A stretch of 64,000 nucleotides of DNA from the NCBI GenBank assembly GCA_021780615.1, contig JAJXYJ010000022.1:809-64808 (forward strand). The letters are read 5' to 3'. Below are positions 48,285 to 57,098 of the stretch, piece by piece (the first letter of the stretch is position 1; every line of letters starts with the position of its first letter). A program made the translations under genes and the position numbers. The notes under the pieces are model-generated. The model was given only the letters and a program-made list of their open reading frames with translations, made no database searches and was not told where the DNA came from. The DNA comes from a bacterium. GTDB taxonomy: Bacteria; Patescibacteriota; Minisyncoccia; UBA6257; JAGOQP01.

Positions 48285-50828
48285 TTATTTTCCGCCACCA
48301 GAAGGGGTGGGGGAGGGGGTGGGGGTAGTGGGTCCTTTTTCTTCCTCAGCATAAGAACCTCCGATGACTGATGCAATGCTTTTTTCCATCTTCTTGCCAA
48401 GTGCTTTTATGGATTGCACCCGAGATTTTTGAAGTGTCTCCGCGATAGCGTCCATATCCTTGCCGGCAATATTAACTATAAGCTCAGTCGTGTATTCCTT
48501 TTCTATTTCCGTCTGAGCATCTCGAGCAAGACTCACAAAGAAGTTTTCAAGTTCTTCTTGCGTCTTTAACTTTGATGCCGTTGAATGCATTGCCTTTCCA
48601 GGATCTCTGCGAATTGCCTGAATATATGCATTGCGCACCTCTTCAGATTGTTTCTCGCTCATCCCGCTAATATCTTTATATTTTCCTGTTTCTTTATCAA
48701 GAGAAAAAGCCGATCCAGCCATATTATCGGCAATATCTTTCCAATCTTTTTCAGAAAATCCATTAAAAAATTTCTCTGATTCACTAGCAACTGTCGCGTT
48801 AGGAACCTCTTTTCCATCTTTATCTAAAGCACTTTGTCCTAAAAGAAGGCGTGCCATATTCAGATTCATGCCCCGCTTTTTTTCAATAGATCCCATTTCT
48901 TTAACTCGCCCCATCTTCTTCATATACTCGAGCGTGCTTACCATGTTTTGCGGAGAAATATCTATTCCTCCTATTTTATTCTTATCCGCAAGCATTTCAT
49001 ATGCGGCAACTTGCTGGCTCTTATTAAGAGTTGGTATTAATTTTTTAATCTGATCAGGACTCAAGTCTTTATTCTGTTTTTTAAAATCATCAATGTAAAC
49101 CTGAGACCCTTTTTCAGTCGTTGTCTGTGTGCGAGACATACCACGAGCCAATCCTCCAAAAGCCATTTTCCCCACAGGTCCCTTCGATCCCCATGAGGTT
49201 ATAGTGCTTTGAACACGTTGTCCTGACTTACTCTTAAGCGCCCCTGAGGTGACGCGATCCCTCCCCCATTTTGCACCTGTCTGTGCTTTTGTTTTTGCCC
49301 ACTTTCCCGTTTTATCAGCAAAATTGAGCGCCATCTTTGATCCACCATATCCCATTTTTTGAGCCATCTTAAGTCCACCAATAAGCATGGCAACTGCGAT
49401 AAGTGATGTCATGAGACTTCCAAAGGAAAGACCTGTGTTGAAAAATTGCGTCGCCCCGCTCATCGTAGTAGCAACTTGTTTTGAGTATTGTGAAAATTGA
49501 TTCATTACTGCAATAGATATATATAAGAAGAGCAGTAGTGTTGGGGCGTAGAGTGACCAATGAATAAACGTATCCCACCACTGTTTCCAATATTTATTAG
49601 TACTGGGAAACACCCACATCAACCATACCAGTGGAGCAACAATAAGAAGGAATGAAAGATAAAAATATCGCATAAAAAGCATCCCCGCCATACCAATGAG
49701 CGTCAGAAATATAATAAGACCAAAAACAATAAGTATCACCATCGCAAGCAAGTCTCCTAAGGTGGCTCCAAAAAGATTATGAATAAAATTGGCGGTTGGA
49801 CTATATCCACTTATCATACCCGAAAAACCAAAAGAGTCTCCAAGTTTTGCAACAGCAGTAGAACTCATACCGGGAGTGCCTAAGGGACTTGGACCCGCAA
49901 TAAAACCAAGCAACCACGCTGATATGGAATTAGTTATTTTAATAAAAATACCTCCAATCAAAAGACTAAAGTTAACCAAAAGCGCGGCAATAATAAGTTT
50001 CCATAACAAACTCTGCATCTGATAACTTTTATTGCGTAAAATAGTGGCAATCGCAATAACAATAATTCCCAACACAAATCCAAGATTGGCAATATCACGA
50101 AAAATAGTCCATCCCGTAATAATAAATGGTGGTTGAAAATTTAATATAGAATCATTAAATGAAAGAGCCGCTTGTATAAGGTATCCCGCAAGCGTAATAA
50201 ACGCACTTACAATAATAAGAATTAAATATAGTATTGTCTGAATAACAATTCCCACAAGAGGAATAGGGGTATCCGCAACATTACTCTTAGTATTATTTGA
50301 CGCAGACGCAGTACTATTCAATTTTTGATTCTCCGTACCAATTGCAGCATTAATCGCATTAATACGATCTTGAACCGCTTTTATTTGTGCGGGCGTTGCA
50401 TTATCTGGTAATTGCTGTTGGTCACTTTCCGCCTTTGTAAGTAAGCTTTGTAACCCTGCTTGATCACAATTACTCAAGTGTTGTTCATCACATGGGTTTG
50501 TGATGTTAACATTTTTTTGAGCATTTTCAATAAGCTTGAGTTGATTTATAAAATCAGCCTTTGCTGCTAATTGTTGAGGGGTTCCAGGCGGATTATTTAC
50601 TATAGCAGATTCATTAATTAAAGCCTGTTCAGTAATACTATTATGTAACTGACTTAACTGGTCCGCAGTACACTGATCTAGATGCTGAACATCACAAGAA
50701 GGAGTCGTCTGCGCGGATGCAAACTTTAGCGTACCAAATGTCATAAAAATAATGACGCCAAAAACCGCTACCCACATAAGAATGCGAGCACGGCGAGATG
50801 TATGCATGGTATTAGTAAATAAAGTCAT
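48285..50828 (-). CDS. VirB6-like polytopic membrane protein with an N-terminal secreted Cys-containing domain and a large C-terminal hydrophilic domain
   Basis: 847 aa. Signal/TM, then 8 or more TM helices in the middle, then a Lys-rich C-terminal ~350 aa. The architecture resembles Gram-positive VirB6 homologues (PrgH/TcpH/ConG). Confidence 0.45.
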   Translation of the reverse strand: MTLFTNTMHTSRRARILMWVAVFGVIIFMTFGTLKFASAQTTPSCDVQHLDQCTADQLSQLHNSITEQALINESAIVNNPPGTPQQLAAKADFINQLKLIENAQKNVNITNPCDEQHLSNCDQAGLQSLLTKAESDQQQLPDNATPAQIKAVQDRINAINAAIGTENQKLNSTASASNNTKSNVADTPIPLVGIVIQTILYLILIIVSAFITLAGYLIQAALSFNDSILNFQPPFIITGWTIFRDIANLGFVLGIIVIAIATILRNKSYQMQSLLWKLIIAALLVNFSLLIGGIFIKITNSISAWLLGFIAGPSPLGTPGMSSTAVAKLGDSFGFSGMISGYSPTANFIHNLFGATLGDLLAMVILIVFGLIIFLTLIGMAGMLFMRYFYLSFLLIVAPLVWLMWVFPSTNKYWKQWWDTFIHWSLYAPTLLLFLYISIAVMNQFSQYSKQVATTMSGATQFFNTGLSFGSLMTSLIAVAMLIGGLKMAQKMGYGGSKMALNFADKTGKWAKTKAQTGAKWGRDRVTSGALKSKSGQRVQSTITSWGSKGPVGKMAFGGLARGMSRTQTTTEKGSQVYIDDFKKQNKDLSPDQIKKLIPTLNKSQQVAAYEMLADKNKIGGIDISPQNMVSTLEYMKKMGRVKEMGSIEKKRGMNLNMARLLLGQSALDKDGKEVPNATVASESEKFFNGFSEKDWKDIADNMAGSAFSLDKETGKYKDISGMSEKQSEEVRNAYIQAIRRDPGKAMHSTASKLKTQEELENFFVSLARDAQTEIEKEYTTELIVNIAGKDMDAIAETLQKSRVQSIKALGKKMEKSIASVIGGSYAEEEKGPTTPTPSPTPSGGGK

Positions 50829-50837
50829 TGTAACTTG

Positions 50838-52562
50838 TTATGTCCGTGCCTCACAATAAAATGTATTATCGCCCGGATACATAGGGTATGCGGGAACAGA
50901 AAGTCCGGTTAAAACATTCTGCAACACATTGACTAGCGTTACGGATCCTCCACTGGTCCCTGGCCCATTTCCTGCATTAGCCGCTTGCTGAATCACAGCG
51001 CTTGAAACCAGATCACTATATTGTGTCGTAAAAGTATTAAAATCATTTTCTACCGTACTCAGAAGTTGTGCAGAGGTGGTAGCGCTTTGTAAATCATCGG
51101 GAGTAATCGCCTGCACTACTGCTACATTTTTTTGAGCAATCGGAAGTGCCTGATTAATAGAAGTCAGTAAATCGTTAAAATATCCATTATGTGCAACCGC
51201 TGTTGCTGACGTAGGAAATCCTTGGAGTGGATAAGGAACAAGATCTCCAAGATTTGCATACGCTTGTGTCTTATTTAAATCATCATAGCGCAGATATCCA
51301 TAGTTTGGCGGTCCAATTGCCTGATCGCTCCCCCACGCTTGATTTGTCACAAAGCGATTGAAACAGAATTTTACCGCATTAAGCGCCATGTCATTTCCCT
51401 GTGTCGCCAAATTCTTAAGTGTTGCAAGATAAGAAATGATATTAGTATAGTTTTTTATAACGCCATTAATGGCATTCTGATTTTGTTGTATCTGCTGATC
51501 GCGAGATCCCTGTGTGAGATTTGAGTAATCCAAAGTAACGCCTCCGCCAGAGGATGGACTACTTTGAAGCAACCCCTGGCCGGCATTAAAGACTTTACCA
51601 ATAACCACATTTACCAGGGCCGATATGACACTTTGCACATTGGATGCATAGTCGAAATTACTCAAAACTCCTTTTGTTGCCGCCTGCGCCGCCACTTCTC
51701 CGGGGGTCACTGTTTGGTTCTGCGTACAGTAGGTGCTTTCCATACTTTTCCATTGCGCATCACTGTCTTGTCTGTTACTTGTTCCTCCTGTTTGAGAATT
51801 AACCTGCCATCCCGCATCAAGGAATGCCTGCTCACTATGAAGAGTTGTTCCATCCAAAGGACTCTGCCAAGCAACGCATTGTTTCACATCCAAAAATCCA
51901 TTTGATGCCGCCGCCTCACTTTGTGCCGCTTGTTGATTTTGTGCCGCGGTTGCCATATAGGCATTTTCTAACGTTAATGACATGCCAAAATAATTATTTT
52001 CGGGATAAAACAATTGTTGAAAAGAAAGCCACCCTCCCTTTTGTATGAAATCCTGCGTATTCTTCAAGTTTGCTTGAAAATCCTGATAACGACACTGTAC
52101 AGGAAGCCCTAAATTATTTTGAGCATATTGCGATGCAAATGAAAGTTGTAATTCAGGAGCAAGAGGGGCACACAAATTAACTCCTTGTGTTTTAAGATAG
52201 TTGTTTACCGTATCAAAGGCGATATCTCCTGATTTTGCCAAATACCCTTTCCAATCAGTCACAAAAAGAGGTTTCCCCCCATTTTGAATAGAATTAACAA
52301 TCTGGTTAGTCATATCATCAACGATGCGCTTGACGATTTGATCGCGCAATGTTTTAAGCCCTTCCTCAGCAGCCCATTGAGCAATATCCGCAAGATGACT
52401 TGTTACCAATTGCACAAGCTCTGTTGGATTAAAAACAACCCATTGAGCATTGGTTTGCAAAGGAGAAAACACCATAGTGGCAACAAATATACCCAAGAGT
52501 ACTCCACCAATAATCTGACGAGATGATTCCTTTAAAAAAGTTTTAATAACTTTAGTCAGCAT
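50838..52562 (-). CDS. Membrane-anchored Q/N-rich hypothetical protein
   Basis: 574 aa with an N-terminal TM and a large extracytoplasmic domain. Operon member. Confidence 0.3.
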   Translation of the reverse strand: MLTKVIKTFLKESSRQIIGGVLLGIFVATMVFSPLQTNAQWVVFNPTELVQLVTSHLADIAQWAAEEGLKTLRDQIVKRIVDDMTNQIVNSIQNGGKPLFVTDWKGYLAKSGDIAFDTVNNYLKTQGVNLCAPLAPELQLSFASQYAQNNLGLPVQCRYQDFQANLKNTQDFIQKGGWLSFQQLFYPENNYFGMSLTLENAYMATAAQNQQAAQSEAAASNGFLDVKQCVAWQSPLDGTTLHSEQAFLDAGWQVNSQTGGTSNRQDSDAQWKSMESTYCTQNQTVTPGEVAAQAATKGVLSNFDYASNVQSVISALVNVVIGKVFNAGQGLLQSSPSSGGGVTLDYSNLTQGSRDQQIQQNQNAINGVIKNYTNIISYLATLKNLATQGNDMALNAVKFCFNRFVTNQAWGSDQAIGPPNYGYLRYDDLNKTQAYANLGDLVPYPLQGFPTSATAVAHNGYFNDLLTSINQALPIAQKNVAVVQAITPDDLQSATTSAQLLSTVENDFNTFTTQYSDLVSSAVIQQAANAGNGPGTSGGSVTLVNVLQNVLTGLSVPAYPMYPGDNTFYCEART

Positions 52563-52568
52563 GATAAA

Positions 52569-53381
52569 TTATTTCATAATCGTTTTAGCATCTTGTGAAA
52601 CAACATCCCATTGCGACGACAGCTGTGGCAAATATTGTAGCGCAACATATGCACTTAAAGGATCAGTAGATTCGTTACGGAGCGCATTAAAAACAATCAC
52701 CATATTTTCAAAAAAGAGTACGTTCTCTTTATGGAAAGATAAAAATGCACGGGGAACACTCATGGTCAGTAACCCATCACGTATATTTTGATATTTTTGA
52801 ATCAAAGTATCAAGGGCTGTTGTGTCTCCTCCACTAAAAGAGCTGTTGAGAGCAGAAATAATTTGTACCTGGGAAAACGCAGAAATACTCGAAAGATATC
52901 CTGCGTACGTTTGCTTGTACATTGTTATATCACTTGATGATGCGCCATCAATAATATGAAGGGACGAATCATTAATGGATGTCTGTATGCCGATGGCCGA
53001 TGGTGTTAATTGACCCGAAACATCCGAAAGATTTTGAAATTTCCCCGTCTGAATTTTACTGAGAAGCGAGGGTGTATCAGTTGCTCCTTGTTGCACCAAC
53101 TGTGATACAAACTGGCTTTGTAAATCAGTTGCTACCTGTTGAGTCAAATTACTTGGTTGCGGAGAAGCTGCTAATAACACCGTAGAAGATCCGGTATTGT
53201 ACGTATTAGAAAGAATATAGGGAGATGATGTTGCCACCACAGAGATGTGACCCGGGGATGTGGTGTTATGAGAAGTAGCACCAGAAAAAACCCACCCCTC
53301 TAAAAACCAATAACCGACAAATACAATTGCCGCAATAAAAAAAATGAGAAGGTATTTTTTCTGAATATCATACATAACCAA
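52569..53381 (-). CDS. Membrane-anchored hypothetical protein; first gene of the T4SS-like operon
   Basis: 270 aa with an N-terminal TM (LLIFFIAAIVFVGYWFL) and an S/T-rich domain. Confidence 0.3.
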   Translation of the reverse strand: MVMYDIQKKYLLIFFIAAIVFVGYWFLEGWVFSGATSHNTTSPGHISVVATSSPYILSNTYNTGSSTVLLAASPQPSNLTQQVATDLQSQFVSQLVQQGATDTPSLLSKIQTGKFQNLSDVSGQLTPSAIGIQTSINDSSLHIIDGASSSDITMYKQTYAGYLSSISAFSQVQIISALNSSFSGGDTTALDTLIQKYQNIRDGLLTMSVPRAFLSFHKENVLFFENMVIVFNALRNESTDPLSAYVALQYLPQLSSQWDVVSQDAKTIMK

Positions 53382-53415
53382 ACAGCGCTACGCCTCCTTA
53401 TAGTATACAAGGAAA

Positions 53416-54198
53416 TCACCAAGAAGAAAACTCTTCAAACAATCGCATAAGCAGTGCCGGAGAAAGAAGGTGCGGACGAGACGAGGGGGCAACACCTACG
53501 CGATCCAAGAGAGCCATCAGCGCCGCACGATCGGGAATAATATGTATAAGATTATTAAAAATTGTTTTCCGCGGTTGTTTAAAAAGCGCGCGAATAAAAA
53601 TATAGTATTGTTGAGCCAACTCCTGCGTACCACGAGACGGAATTCCCTCAAAAACCACCACCGCTGAATCAACTTTTGGAGGCGGATTAAAAGCTCCGCG
53701 CGCTACACGCATATCCAAGTGAGGCTGTGCCCACCACAGCACCGACGAAGCCAAAAGATTAAGCGCCCCCTCAGAAGCCACAATCCGTTCGGCTACTTCT
53801 TTTTGCATCAAAAGAACAGTCCGCTGTGGCCGATAAGAAAGCTCTCCAATAACACGCAATATATGTCCTGTTATGTAGTAAGGAATATTCCCCGCAACAG
53901 CATACTCACTGCCACGTTCTTGATATGCTTTGCTCAGCAAAGGAAGTTCATGCAACGCATCGCCGTGCACAACACGCAATCCATTTAAAGACGTTGTCAC
54001 AAGAGTATGGGCAAGCGCATCATCTTTTTCAATAGCCGTCACCTGATGCCCACGCGCAAGCAACGCGTGCGTCAGCTCCCCGTGCCCGGGACCAATCTCA
54101 ATAACAGGCAATGGAACGACGCCTACCGCATCAGCAATAGCGGCTAACACACGTTTATCCGTAAGAAAATGTTGCCCAAGAGATTTTTTTGCGAACAT
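53416..54198 (-). CDS. rsmA: 16S rRNA (adenine1518/1519-N6)-dimethyltransferase
   Basis: LGQHFLTDKRVLAAI...VIEIGPGHGELT is the KsgA signature. Start trimmed to MFAKK. Confidence 0.8.
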   Translation of the reverse strand: MFAKKSLGQHFLTDKRVLAAIADAVGVVPLPVIEIGPGHGELTHALLARGHQVTAIEKDDALAHTLVTTSLNGLRVVHGDALHELPLLSKAYQERGSEYAVAGNIPYYITGHILRVIGELSYRPQRTVLLMQKEVAERIVASEGALNLLASSVLWWAQPHLDMRVARGAFNPPPKVDSAVVVFEGIPSRGTQELAQQYYIFIRALFKQPRKTIFNNLIHIIPDRAALMALLDRVGVAPSSRPHLLSPALLMRLFEEFSSW

Positions 54199-54279
54199 AA
54201 TGTGGTTACAATTTGAAATTTTTCCTGCCTGCCAGCAGGTAGGAATCAAATCTTAATTTTAAATTAAAAATTCTCACGT

Positions 54280-56070
54280 CTATTCGTACACAATGTACTG
54301 TTCATCCTCATCAGGAAGTTCTCCGCGATCAAAAAATACTTGTTGAGGAGGAAGTTCGTACAAGAATCGAGACGCTACACTATAAAAATGAAGTTGCAGT
54401 TCACGCCGTGCCCGTGTCATTGCCACATACATCAATCGGCGCTCTTCCTCGACGTCTTCTGGGGAAAAAAGCGATCGCTGATGAGGTAATGTGCCCTCAT
54501 TAACACCCGCAACAAGTACTCCATCAAACTCAAGTCCTTTGGCTACATGAATGGTCATTAAGTTAATAACCGGAACCCCCTCGTGCCGCTGAGCACTGCG
54601 CAACGACTGCGCATCAAGCGTATCAGCCAACGACACTCGTTCAAGAAACGATGCGGCGTCGGAAAAATGTTGTGCAAACGCCATGAGTTCCTGTATGTTT
54701 TCGGCGCGATCAGAGGCGTTATCATATTTTTTATCCAATCGATTCATAAAATCGGCGGCGGTGACAAACGCACGAAGAATATCCAAAGGGCGCGTCTCAG
54801 AAGTATAGCCGGACAACTTCTCCCGTACCGCGGCGGCGAGACGTTTGCCAAGATTTTTTTCCAAGCGTATAAAACTCAATGTGTCCTGCGGATTACACAC
54901 CATGCGCACTCCGGCAATAATATCTTTAATTTCTTGCCGATCATAGAAACTCACCGTCCCAAAGATCTGGTAGGGTACCTGGTGCTCAATGCACATCTGC
55001 TCCAACGCACGAGACTGTGCGTTCGTGCGATACAAAATACCCACTCGCATACCGCTCTTTTGCATGCGCTGAGCTTCATCCAATATGGCATCTGCTTGTG
55101 AAAATTCATCACGATGCTCAATGACGCGCACCGGTGATCCAATTTCATTTTCCGTCCACAAATTTTTCTTCTTTTGCACTTCGTTGTGCGCAATGAGCGC
55201 CGACGATGATTCAATGATTTGCTTCGTAGATCGATAGTTCTGCTCAAGCATAATGACCAGTGCCTTGGGCCATTCGCGCTCAAACTGTAAAAAATTGCGA
55301 AAATCAGAAAATCTGAATTTATAAATAGATTGTGCATCATCACCTACTACCATCACATTTCCATGTGATGCGGCAAGCAATTTTACCAAAAGATACTGCG
55401 CGGTATTTACGTCTTGATATTCATCAACTAAAATATAACGAAACATTGCTTGATATTTTTCTCGCGCCCCCGCATCATTGCGCAGCAACCACACGGGCTT
55501 ATGAATAAGATCATCAAAATCAAATGCATTATTATCTTTGAGCGCCGCTTCATATCGGGTAAATAAATCCCACACCGTTTCATCATGAGGACTCCGCACA
55601 TATGCCGCCGCATCTATATATTCACTTTTAATACGAGAAAATTGTCGCGCCAACGACGCAGGAAGAAGGTAGGGACTTTTAGGAAGATCTGCAACGAGTC
55701 GCTTAATAAGTCGTTGCGAATCATCGCTATCAAAAATAGAAAACGCATTTGTACGAGAAAATCTCTTTGCCTCATGGCGCAAAAGCCACGCACCAAAAGA
55801 ATGAAACGTTCCCACAAACGGATCACCCTCTCCCTTAAGGCCGTGCGATGCAATTAATTTTTCAACCCGCTCCTTCATCTCCCGTGCCGCCTTGTTAGTA
55901 AAGGTAATTGCCAAGATTGCCTGCGGTGGCACCTGTCGTTGAGAAATAAGATATGCAAGCCGCGCGGTAAGCGTTTTTGTCTTACCAGAACCCGCTCCCG
56001 CCACCACTAAAATAGGACCATCAGGAGCATACGCCGCCTCTCTTTGTTTATTATTTAAATCAGAATTCAT
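54280..56070 (-). CDS. UvrD/PcrA/Rep-family DNA helicase (short form)
   Basis: Motif I VVAGAGSGKTKTLTARLAYLI; DEYQD-type motif II (ILVDEYQDVN). Length is 596 aa. Confidence 0.75.
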   Translation of the reverse strand: MNSDLNNKQREAAYAPDGPILVVAGAGSGKTKTLTARLAYLISQRQVPPQAILAITFTNKAAREMKERVEKLIASHGLKGEGDPFVGTFHSFGAWLLRHEAKRFSRTNAFSIFDSDDSQRLIKRLVADLPKSPYLLPASLARQFSRIKSEYIDAAAYVRSPHDETVWDLFTRYEAALKDNNAFDFDDLIHKPVWLLRNDAGAREKYQAMFRYILVDEYQDVNTAQYLLVKLLAASHGNVMVVGDDAQSIYKFRFSDFRNFLQFEREWPKALVIMLEQNYRSTKQIIESSSALIAHNEVQKKKNLWTENEIGSPVRVIEHRDEFSQADAILDEAQRMQKSGMRVGILYRTNAQSRALEQMCIEHQVPYQIFGTVSFYDRQEIKDIIAGVRMVCNPQDTLSFIRLEKNLGKRLAAAVREKLSGYTSETRPLDILRAFVTAADFMNRLDKKYDNASDRAENIQELMAFAQHFSDAASFLERVSLADTLDAQSLRSAQRHEGVPVINLMTIHVAKGLEFDGVLVAGVNEGTLPHQRSLFSPEDVEEERRLMYVAMTRARRELQLHFYSVASRFLYELPPQQVFFDRGELPDEDEQYIVYE

Positions 56071-56293
56071 CGTGATACTATAGCATACATCATCATGTCA
56101 TAAAGCACATCATACACACACATCGCATAGCATCCACACTCTAAAAATTACCATCATTATTACCATCATCTCCACCATCATTATTATTATCATTATTACC
56201 ACCACCCCTACCACCATCATTATTATTACCACCACCCCTGCCACATCCATATACACCCCCTCACTCACACACACCATACACATACACCATATA

Positions 56294-56349
56294 TTCAATA
56301 TATTGAAGATAGTCTCAATTTCAAACGATCGTAAAAATTGAGATAATTT
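56294..56349. promoter_or_regulatory. Copy 1 of a ~58-bp direct repeat containing a 9-bp inverted repeat (tctcaattt-N14-aaattgaga); candidate operator/promoter element
   Basis: attcaatatattgaagatagtctcaatttcaaacgatcgtaaaaattgagataat. A second copy is at 56995-57052. The loop contains the palindrome cgatcg. Confidence 0.5.
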
Positions 56350-56368
56350 TTACAGATAATAAATGATG

Positions 56369-56950
56369 TTATTTATGTTGTTGAGTGTGGACATGTTTAT
56401 ATTGAAGAGTTCCCTTTCCCGACAACTCTATAATTTCCACATATTGAACAATGTCCAAATCACGCAAATGATGCAAAAAAGACGACGGTATTTTTGTGCT
56501 ACCAATCCACACACTTCGCCGAAGAAAGGTAAATTCCAAAGTCTTAAGCGCTTCACGTAGCCACGCCCTATATAATTTTTTACTTTCAGGAATATCAAAG
56601 ACAATAACAATGGGAGTCTTTGTATAACAAATATTATACGAACATTTTGGAAGCATATTTCTCTTTTTTGTAAAAAACTGTTTAATACATGCAATTCCTT
56701 TTTTTGTTATAGACATATCAGAAGAAAGTAAGCCATCTTTTCTGAGACGTGACGACATAACCGCGTATCGACGCTTTAATATACGAAATTCATCACCGTC
56801 ACCATAATCCCTACCACTCTCCTCGAGCGTATGTACATTCGCCCATAATTGACGCGTGGAACCAGCCGAAAAAAGAAACGCCTCAAAAGCACTTGAAAAT
56901 TTTCTACTTTGCACATTTTTTAAAAAATCAACCTTAGAAACCCTTCTCAT
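56369..56950 (-). CDS. Hypothetical protein with an N-terminal wHTH-like region and a C-terminal Cas2-like ferredoxin-fold region (PaaX-like architecture)
   Basis: YAVMSSRLRKDGLLSS is wHTH-like. IVIVFDIPESKKLYRAWLREALKTLEFTFLRRSVWIG...IVQYVEIIEL follows the beta-alpha-beta pattern of Cas2/PaaX C-terminal domains. The assignment rests on pattern similarity only. Confidence 0.3.
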   Translation of the reverse strand: MRRVSKVDFLKNVQSRKFSSAFEAFLFSAGSTRQLWANVHTLEESGRDYGDGDEFRILKRRYAVMSSRLRKDGLLSSDMSITKKGIACIKQFFTKKRNMLPKCSYNICYTKTPIVIVFDIPESKKLYRAWLREALKTLEFTFLRRSVWIGSTKIPSSFLHHLRDLDIVQYVEIIELSGKGTLQYKHVHTQQHK

Positions 56951-56994
56951 ACCATATTAAGTAAAAACATCGCCATAACATCATATTCATATAT

Positions 56995-57052
56995 ATTCAA
57001 TATTATGAACATTATCTCAATTTCAAACGATCGTAAAAATTGAGATAATGAA
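56995..57052. promoter_or_regulatory. Copy 2 of the 58-bp hairpin-containing direct repeat, immediately upstream of the 56369-56950 gene
   Basis: attcaatattatgaacattatctcaatttcaaacgatcgtaaaaattgagataatg. Confidence 0.5.
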
Positions 57053-57098
57053 AGATGGCTACTAAAAACCATCGTAGATAATAATTCTTGCCACATTA

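Noticed and set aside
56110-56298. 60-aa ORF on the minus strand (MVVGVVVIMIIIMM...)
   Set aside because: It is encoded entirely by the G-free CA/ATT-rich low-complexity tract. It has no start context, and its composition is a product of the repeat.
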